Position numbers and translations under genes: made by a program. The notes beneath the pieces were generated by a model. The model was not told the origin of the DNA, did no database searches, and saw only the letters and a program-made list of their open reading frames with translations. Below, piece by piece: positions 57,901-64,000 of a stretch of 64,000 nucleotides of DNA. The DNA comes from Alphaproteobacteria bacterium (GTDB taxonomy: Bacteria; Pseudomonadota; Alphaproteobacteria; SP197). The DNA is taken from positions 2,656,001 through 2,720,000 of the forward strand of contig OZ219747.1 in assembly GCA_964291265.2 (NCBI GenBank), written 5' to 3'. Each line of letters opens with the position of its first letter. Position 1 is the stretch's first letter.

Positions 57901-59163
57901 GATAACGGAGAACTGAAGGAAACCATGCGCCGCATCGTTCCGGCGAACATGCATGACCGGGTCGGTCTTGACGATGATGCCTGGGTTTTGAACATAACGG
58001 GCAAGGACAGCCGCCTTGCTCTCGCGGAGGCGGAGGTGAGCGCGGACTTTACCGCGATGGAGACCCTTCGCAGGGAGTATTTCGACAAGGGCAAGGACAG
58101 TTCGATCGGACGTATCCGCAAGCGGATGAAGACCATTGCGGAGGAGAGGGCGCTGAACTTCCTTTCCCGTAAAGCTATCATTCCGAAGTACGGGTTTCCG
58201 GTGGATGTCGTCGAGCTGGATGTCCGGTCAACGGACGAACGGCCAACCGGTGTCGCGCTTCAGCGGGACCTGTCCCAGGCGATCGCCGAGTACGCTCCGG
58301 GTGGTAAGGTGGTTGCCAACAAACTCGAATGGGAGTCCTGCGGCGTCAAGGCGATTGCCGGGAAAGCATGGCCTGTGCGCCATTACCGGTATGACGATGC
58401 CCGCAGTTTCAGGCAATGGAACGAGGGTGACCCCGACGCACCTTCGGACGAACGGAAGTACCTCATTCCCGAGTTCGGTTTCGTAACTCCCCTGTTCAAG
58501 AAGCCTGCTGAGCCGCAGGGGCGCGCACGACGCCTCTACACGACGCGACCGTTCTTTCGCGATTTCGACGCGCAACCCAAGACCAAAACCGTTCTCGGCG
58601 TGAAGGTGACACGGGCTGTTCCCGGGGTCCTGGTCATCCTGTGCGAAGGCCGGAACAGGGCGGGGTTCTACATCTGCCGATCTTGCGGAAGTCACATGAC
58701 GGTGCCTCAGGTCCCCCACAGATCGCCATCTGGCTCCGATTGCAAGAAGAGCACATTGGAACGATTTTCCCTTGGCCATGAACTGGCCACTGACGTCGTG
58801 CGCCTTCAGTTTCCGATGGTCCACGGCGAGTGGGATGCGTATTCGGTCGCTTACGCCGTCCTGCTCGGTGCGGCAGACACGCTCGAAGTGCCGGACACCG
58901 ACCTTAACGTCACCATTGCTGGCGGAGATAGTCCGGGTGAGTCCGCGGTTGTGCTCTACGACAACGTGCCGGGTGGCGCCGGGTTGGTGGCACAGCTGGA
59001 AAACGAACAGATCTTGGGCGAAGTCCTTGGCGCCGCTACGGAACGGGTGCGGGGCAATTGTGGCTGCGACACCAGCTGCTACGGTTGCCTCCGCAGTTAC
59101 CGCAATCAATTTGCACATGCCCAACTCGACCGGACCCGGGCGCTGGATATCCTTACCCGATAG
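54961..59163 (+). CDS. DEAD/DEAH-box helicase with Zn-binding motifs and C-terminal DUF1998
   Basis: TASGKTE, YPMNALANDQ, DEAH, TSAT, QRAGRAGR, YDNVPGGAG, C.C..SCYGCL. Confidence 0.93.
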   Translation: MPDTDIRGWPERIRQRYENYLKTSFFFKEPHLRASFQEALSEEGSLLQGPFPEPHRGFEKRLHAHALAGECFPDCAGGLLPALIDRPLYAHQERAIRATYVEDLNVVVATGTASGKTESFLYPILFELYRQHLAGELEEPGVRAMILYPMNALANDQRERLGAICGRLREAGSDFEPTFGQYIGQTPENAGDRWRNAAARADDRLSGELVFRNKMRQSPPHVLLTNYSMLEYLLIRPDDSPLFDGGRGAHWRFIVLDEAHQYRGARGMEMGMLIRRLKQRLRDGGRQRPFRCIATSATITSSQGDEDRQAVAEFASELFGESFSIPSIVFGESLGADDHGPPRRYHAFLRALEGAFLVHRNGVDAVVLNRRNQDAGGAATQPLEIALCRECGQHYYVGREHKGCLREAIRDPSHPEFGVEHYLPADDGNEWLCRRCGALSGSTPGCGCGAAVRVRKCDSHEHNPDQLKKCAVCGYRRGGVGDPVQEIVHGSDGPNTVIATALHELLQQDRRKVLAFADNRQEAAFFAWYAEDSYKKLRDRNFILRAILSESVAEEGLSIDDLRSRLLREWDDAGLFREADTREQRTRQVLTSILREAVTDEKRLSLAGVGLVKWFVALPRDLRLPDAMLRAPWNLSENDARLLIGHVLDEMRPRRAISLPEGAGTPEWSAVSPWPQQAFGTAPRGRRRHVLQWGGSQSAIVSHFLRRLLADSDLTDDRKRTVSIELMKEIWLALRDNARDPLLRCASKNGTFQLDSRWLRIKPANLDEIWECDICATLGNYNIRGVCPRNHCPGTLSPARQERLVGNHYRILYESPALPPELRAEEHTAQIDADEARRRQDEFKNGDIHLLSSSTTFEVGVDLGDLEAVFLRNVPPESFNYAQRAGRAGRRDTPGLVLTYCRRNPHDLYHYEKPVGRVIEGTIHPPRLHMTNEKIVLRHMVAVALSEFFKQDPDRFRNVETFLGGWHVPRATKDLFGFCEDNGELKETMRRIVPANMHDRVGLDDDAWVLNITGKDSRLALAEAEVSADFTAMETLRREYFDKGKDSSIGRIRKRMKTIAEERALNFLSRKAIIPKYGFPVDVVELDVRSTDERPTGVALQRDLSQAIAEYAPGGKVVANKLEWESCGVKAIAGKAWPVRHYRYDDARSFRQWNEGDPDAPSDERKYLIPEFGFVTPLFKKPAEPQGRARRLYTTRPFFRDFDAQPKTKTVLGVKVTRAVPGVLVILCEGRNRAGFYICRSCGSHMTVPQVPHRSPSGSDCKKSTLERFSLGHELATDVVRLQFPMVHGEWDAYSVAYAVLLGAADTLEVPDTDLNVTIAGGDSPGESAVVLYDNVPGGAGLVAQLENEQILGEVLGAATERVRGNCGCDTSCYGCLRSYRNQFAHAQLDRTRALDILTR

Positions 59164-59520
59164 TGTGAAGGACTCGGCAACGCGTGGGGCGGACCTGACC
59201 CAGTGGAGCACCACGGTGTCGCGGTTCCGCACGAGGCGGACGACGGTTTGGCGTTTCTGAAGGGTGACGGAAGTCACGGTTGGCGGCAGGTCGTTGGCCC
59301 CGCTGGCTGCCGAAGAGACCGGCATGGAGGACATCGGGTTCAGCCCCCTCCGCGCGCCGCTGAGGCTGACAGCGTCGAATGTCGTGCGTGAGTTGAGTCT
59401 GCAGGCACATGACAACGCCTGGTTCAGCCGTCGCACGCTGTCGTTCCTGATGACGCGGGAGCGGACCGGGGAAGGTCTTGATCCGGAGTGATGGCCCGTG
59501 TCAAGGCCTTCGGCTGGGTC

Positions 59521-60234
59521 TCACAGAGTGACGTCGTTGCGGCAGTTGACGACGAGTTCGGCGATGGAGGCGGTGTTCGAGAGGGCGATCAGGGTGGCCG
59601 CAAGTTCGGCGATGTCGCCGGGTTCCATCATCTCTTCGTGGGGGAAGGTGGTGACATCGGCCGTCATGTCGGTGGCGACGAAACCGGGGCAGAGCGCCGT
59701 GCAGCGCACCCCGTCGTCCCAGCCGCAACGGCGGGTCGCGTGGGAAAGCGCGACGGCGGCAAACTTGGTCATCGCATAGCCGACATTGTTGTTGTAGACG
59801 GCCTTTCCGGCGATCGAGGCAACATTGACGATGCGTCCCGCACCGCTCTTCCTGAGATGCGGCAGGGCGAGTCGGATCATCGACAGAGGCGCCTTCACGT
59901 TGACGGCCCACATGCGGTCGAGATCCTCGTCCCTGTCGATCTCGACCGTGACCCGCACGACCATGCCCGCGTTGTTGACGAGGCCGTCGATGCGCCCGAA
60001 ACGCGATACCGTGTCGTCCACCCATGTGCGATGGGTGCTCTTGTCCTCGGCGTCGTAGTGGTGGCGCAGAAGGCGGTCGGGACTCCAGCCATGGGTCATG
60101 CCGGCGAGCGAGTCGGGGTCGCGAACGCCCAGGCTCAGCGTGTAGCCGGCATCATGGAGGCGCTCGGCAATGGCGCGGCCGATCCCGCGGTTGGCGCCGG
60201 ACACCATGATGACGCGTCCTTGCGGGGCAATCAT
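59521..60234 (-). CDS. SDR family oxidoreductase
   Basis: SGANRGIG, NNAG, YAMTK, CPGFVATDM. Confidence 0.9.
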   Translation of the reverse strand: MIAPQGRVIMVSGANRGIGRAIAERLHDAGYTLSLGVRDPDSLAGMTHGWSPDRLLRHHYDAEDKSTHRTWVDDTVSRFGRIDGLVNNAGMVVRVTVEIDRDEDLDRMWAVNVKAPLSMIRLALPHLRKSGAGRIVNVASIAGKAVYNNNVGYAMTKFAAVALSHATRRCGWDDGVRCTALCPGFVATDMTADVTTFPHEEMMEPGDIAELAATLIALSNTASIAELVVNCRNDVTL

Positions 60235-60253
60235 GGAACGGTTCCTCCTGAAC

Positions 60254-61219
60254 TCAGGACCACAGCGCGACGCAACGAACCTCGATGCTCCAGCGGTCGG
60301 GTGCGCCGTCCGGGGTCGACGGATCCTCGAAGGCGCTGTGAAAGCTGAAGGTGGAGGTGTCGTCGCCGTCTCCGCTCTCACCTCCGGACGATGCGAGCGT
60401 CCCTTCGGAATCCCATTGCTTGAGGACCAGGACCTCGTCACGGGTGAGTGCCGAATAGAAGGACCACCGGTGGGTCTTGGCGTGCCTTGCGAAGTAGTTC
60501 TCTCCGATGCGGTCGGCGTAGTGAATCTCGAAGACGACGAGGTCGTCCGGGTTCACGCTGGTTGCATCGCACAGCGCCAGGGGATGGGTGGCGACCGGTT
60601 CCGGCCTCACGTTGCGCCAGATGTTGATGATGGCAAACCGACCGGACATGAGGGCGCAGTCGACCTGGTCCCTGTCGAGCAGCGACGTGTCCTCGCCAAG
60701 CACCGTGGCGAGAGTGTCGTTCTCGCCCGGCGGTCTTGTCAGGTCGCGCAGCCGTTGCGGTGCGCTGGCGAGGGTGTAGTCGCCGTGGACGATGTGCGCC
60801 GGTCCCTGGACCTCCTGGCCGCCGCTGATGCGGCTGCGGCTCGACTTGCCGCCAGCCGAACGCACGTTGTGATCGAAGGCGGCGGCGAGGTCTGCACCAC
60901 TCGCCTCGCGCACGATGTCGGCACACACCGGATAGTAGCGGCGCACGACCTCGTCGTGATCGAGAAAATCGAAATCCGCCTGCGCCAGGGGGCTTCTGGT
61001 CATGCAGAAACCGTTGCGCGCGAGTGTCGGGCGATGCGCGGCATCGAGCTGGCGGGCGTCGCATACCGGCATCGGGTGCTCCTCGAGGTCGACACCGACC
61101 CAGTGGTCGTCGCTGCCGTCGCGGTCGCGACGAGTCAGCACCTTGCCATTGCGGTAGAGGGAAGGCACCACCGAAGCGCCGAGATAGTTGAAGCGTCCGG
61201 TGCCTGGAGAGTGTGTCAT
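60254..61219 (-). CDS. CmcJ/NvfI-family oxidoreductase-like protein
   Basis: FDHNVR, VHGDYT, NIWR, PLALCD, HSAF.DP, SIEVR motifs. Confidence 0.8.
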   Translation of the reverse strand: MTHSPGTGRFNYLGASVVPSLYRNGKVLTRRDRDGSDDHWVGVDLEEHPMPVCDARQLDAAHRPTLARNGFCMTRSPLAQADFDFLDHDEVVRRYYPVCADIVREASGADLAAAFDHNVRSAGGKSSRSRISGGQEVQGPAHIVHGDYTLASAPQRLRDLTRPPGENDTLATVLGEDTSLLDRDQVDCALMSGRFAIINIWRNVRPEPVATHPLALCDATSVNPDDLVVFEIHYADRIGENYFARHAKTHRWSFYSALTRDEVLVLKQWDSEGTLASSGGESGDGDDTSTFSFHSAFEDPSTPDGAPDRWSIEVRCVALWS

Positions 61220-61302
61220 CAAGAGCTTCTCTGATGGATGGCATTGCGCTGGCCATTCTGCCACGATGGGGCGGACGAAACCATCACGAGGAGGACGACA
61301 CG

Positions 61303-61947
61303 ATGGAACTCTTTGCTGATCCGATCACGGTGAACTGCCGCAAGGTGCTCGCCGGTCTGCACCTGCTTGGCGCTGACTTCGAACTCACTAAGGTCGATTA
61401 CTTCGCCGGTGAGCAGGCGGGCGAGGCCTTTCGGAAGATCAATCCGAATGCGGCGCTGCCGGCGCTCAGGGACGGTGACCTCGTGCTCTGGGAATCGAAC
61501 GCCATCCTGCAGTACGCCGCCGAGAAGACGGATCGCAGGGACTGCTATCCCGTGGAGCCCTCTGCCCGCGCCGATGTCAATCGCTGGCTGCTGTGGGAAG
61601 CCGCCTCGTGGTTTCCTTCCTGCTACATCTACCTGGTCGAGAACTGCGTGAAACCCTTGCTCGGCGACACCACCGATCCTGCCGTTCTCGCCGGGGAGGC
61701 CGACAACTTCCACAAGCTCGCCGGCATTCTCGATGATCGCCTGGCGGACAATCCCTGGCTTGCCGGCGACTCCGTGACGATTGCCGACATCGCGGTGGCC
61801 GCACCGATGCACCTCCACGCGTGGGCACGACTGCCGCTGGATGACCATCCCAATCTGGTTCGCTGGATGACCGAAGGCGTCGAACAGCTCGAATGCTGGA
61901 AGGCCACCCATGTAGGCGAGGGATTCGTCGTCGGCCCCCCATCCTGA
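61303..61947 (+). CDS. Glutathione S-transferase family protein
   Basis: INPN..LPAL.DG..LWESNAILQY, TIADI. Confidence 0.92.
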   Translation: MELFADPITVNCRKVLAGLHLLGADFELTKVDYFAGEQAGEAFRKINPNAALPALRDGDLVLWESNAILQYAAEKTDRRDCYPVEPSARADVNRWLLWEAASWFPSCYIYLVENCVKPLLGDTTDPAVLAGEADNFHKLAGILDDRLADNPWLAGDSVTIADIAVAAPMHLHAWARLPLDDHPNLVRWMTEGVEQLECWKATHVGEGFVVGPPS

Positions 61948-61966
61948 TCAAGGGGGGAATGGAGGG

Positions 61967-62860
61967 TCAGCGTCCGAGGACGAGGACCAGGATCCCGGCG
62001 GCGATCGCCAGAATGCCGGCGAACTCCGCGATGCTGGTCTGTTCCCGGAAGATCACCCGCGAGGCGATGAAGGTGAAGACCAGCTCGACCTGGCCCAGGG
62101 CGCGGACATGGGCGGCATTCTCGATCGTCATGGCCGTGAACCAGCATGCGGACGCCAGCATGCCGGTCAGCCCGACAAGCCCGGAGACCCGCCAGCTGCG
62201 GAAGGCTTCGGCGAGGACCTGACGCCGCCGCGCGATGAGCCACGCGGTCATGATCACGGTCTGCCATGCGGTGACGACCAGCAGCGTGAAGGCAGCCTGC
62301 ATCAGGTAACCGTCCCCGCCCAGCGACAGCGACGCCGCGCGCACCGACACCGAGGTGAGGGCAAAGAGCCCTCCGGACGCGAGGCCGATGGGAATGGCGC
62401 GGCCGGAGAATTCCCGGGCGTCCGTGGCGGCGCGCGCGATGCTGAGGATCAGCACGCCGGCAAGGCTGACGACGATCCCGGTCAGTGCACCCATACTCAG
62501 GGGATCACCGAGGACGAGAAGGCCGATGATGGCTGCCTGGACCGTTTCCGTCTTGGAATAGGCCGTGCCGGCAGCGAAGCTTCGCAGCGAGAAGAGCGCC
62601 ACGAGAAAAAGTGTGGCGAGGATCTGCGCCAGGCCCGCGATACCGGCAAAGACCAGGAACGTGATGTCTGGCAGTGGCAGCGGATGGCCGCCAACGACGA
62701 ACAGTCCGGCGACCCAGCAAAGGGCAAGGGGCGCCGCGTAGACGAATCGGACATAGGTGGCGCCGACGGTATCCAGTCTGCCGCGCAGATGCTTCTGCAG
62801 GGCCGAGCGGGCGTTCTGCAGAAAGGCCGCGGCGACGGTGATCGGGATCCACAATTCCAT
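61967..62860 (-). CDS. DMT/EamA-family transporter
   Basis: About 10 hydrophobic segments, KTE motif, LGQVE. Confidence 0.85.
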   Translation of the reverse strand: MELWIPITVAAAFLQNARSALQKHLRGRLDTVGATYVRFVYAAPLALCWVAGLFVVGGHPLPLPDITFLVFAGIAGLAQILATLFLVALFSLRSFAAGTAYSKTETVQAAIIGLLVLGDPLSMGALTGIVVSLAGVLILSIARAATDAREFSGRAIPIGLASGGLFALTSVSVRAASLSLGGDGYLMQAAFTLLVVTAWQTVIMTAWLIARRRQVLAEAFRSWRVSGLVGLTGMLASACWFTAMTIENAAHVRALGQVELVFTFIASRVIFREQTSIAEFAGILAIAAGILVLVLGR

Positions 62861-63025
62861 CAGCGATGACCTCTTGTCGTCGGCGCACCGTGAGGGGCCG
62901 GGTCGATCGGTACGCGGTTCGGCGCCTCCTTGTCCACGGGCGTGCGTCGTGATCAGCCAGCCGGGCGATTCACGTCGACAGGAGCGACGTCATGAGAACG
63001 GCGGATACCTCGATCCCGCCGCAGG

Positions 63026-63367
63026 TCAACCCTTCGGGAACGGAATGACGTTGCCTCTGTCGTCTGTCTCGTTGGTGTTGATCGTGATGGTCAGAGGATC
63101 GCCTTCGCCATCGGCGGTCTTCGCACGGATCTCCACCTCGTACACGACCCCGGGCTCCAGGTCGACAAAGGTACACGTCGGCAAGGGCGACTCGAATCCA
63201 GGCCCCCACGGCACCGAGCCCTTCTCGCGTATGCGGATGACATGGGTAACAGACGATTCCCACCGTGCATCGATCGTCCGACCGTCATCGACCGGAAGCG
63301 ATACGTGCCAGGCCTTGCCATCCCACGTGATCTTCGGACTTGCGATGTCGGTCATCGAGGCGTCCAT
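63026..63367 (-). CDS. Small fibronectin type III-like domain protein
   Basis: W...IR.R....W....DLEPG..YEVEIRA....GEG pattern. Confidence 0.65.
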   Translation of the reverse strand: MDASMTDIASPKITWDGKAWHVSLPVDDGRTIDARWESSVTHVIRIREKGSVPWGPGFESPLPTCTFVDLEPGVVYEVEIRAKTADGEGDPLTITINTNETDDRGNVIPFPKG

Positions 63368-64000
63368 TCCTCGATCCGGTACTCGGTTCGCAGGAACTGC
63401 CTGCGAGTCTGGAGTCCTTCAAACACCTCGTCGGCATTCATTCGTTCAAGAGAATCGAGCGTCAGGGATGATCGGGCTTCGGCATAGAAGCGGTCGCTGC
63501 ACCGTTCCACGTAAGCCTCTTGCCACCATGTGCAGATCCGGTCCCTGGCGCCCTCGAGAGCCTCAGCCGATGGAAGGCGCGCACACTTCTCATTCTGATT
63601 GACGTGCCTGTGGGCGGGAAGGAGGTTCCACAGGGCATCGCAAGGCCAGGCCGCCCATGGCATGCAGTGATCGATGTTGAGGCTCCTGCTGTCAAGCCTG
63701 CGGCCCGTCCAGACGCAATGGAGGGTCCCCGATTCGAGAAGATTCCGGGAGATCTCGCGGGCATCGCCGACATCGCGGTCAGGGTCGGACCAACGCATGG
63801 CGTCGGCGGCCTCTTGATGATTGAACTCTTCGCCCTGCCTCGCTGCCCAGTCGGACATCAGCTTGGTCCACTCGGCGACAAGCGCCGGCTCGATCCAGGC
63901 GTCATGGCGCCTGAGCGAGTTCCACAAGTGGACGGGGACGCGAAGGCTGCCGAACTGTGCCAGGTACCCCTGGTCGATGAGAAGTGACCCGGGCGCCGCC
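63352..64000 (-). CDS. C-terminal part of an HNH-endonuclease-domain protein (truncated by window edge)
   Basis: CVWTG, IDHCMPW..WPCDALWNLLPA...N..K HNH motif. Confidence 0.75.
   Translation of the reverse strand, partial: AAPGSLLIDQGYLAQFGSLRVPVHLWNSLRRHDAWIEPALVAEWTKLMSDWAARQGEEFNHQEAADAMRWSDPDRDVGDAREISRNLLESGTLHCVWTGRRLDSRSLNIDHCMPWAAWPCDALWNLLPAHRHVNQNEKCARLPSAEALEGARDRICTWWQEAYVERCSDRFYAEARSSLTLDSLERMNADEVFEGLQTRRQFLRTEYRIEEWTPR

Noticed and set aside
37509-59163. Complete Druantia type I system (DruA-like + DruE-like)
   Set aside because: The DUF4338 genes are IS-linked pseudogenes ~15 kb from the helicase; no druB-D recognisable.

Overview
GC-rich bacterial (proteobacterial-like) window. 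The flanks carry ordinary metabolic genes: class II aldolase, SDRs, DUF1989, MBL hydrolase, TPR protein, creatininase, CPA2 antiporter, DAO, a sugar ABC transporter, mtnK, an esterase, a GMC oxidoreductase, GST and EamA. The region ~7.1-39.7 kb is a dense nest of mobile elements: three copies of a tnpC-only IS66-family element, each with an ORF-less group II mini-intron in the transposase gene; one full-length RT-encoding group II intron; an ISKra4-like element; two 5.3-kb cargo-carrying IS21-family elements; and one IS110 element. The standout signal is the IS110 non-coding end. It reads as a bridge RNA whose target-binding loop matches nucleotides 1-14 of the group II intron, which is exactly where the element has inserted (2-bp CT core). 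This gives a five-layer nest: hydantoinase B > ISKra4 > IS66 > mini-intron > IS110. Also notable are a candidate defence locus at 51.3-59.2 kb (PIN pair, a protein ending in an archaeal/eukaryotic eL13-like domain, and a DUF1998 DEAH helicase) and a GT25 gene frameshifted at a G15 tract. All family assignments come from motif recognition by eye; no database searches were run.
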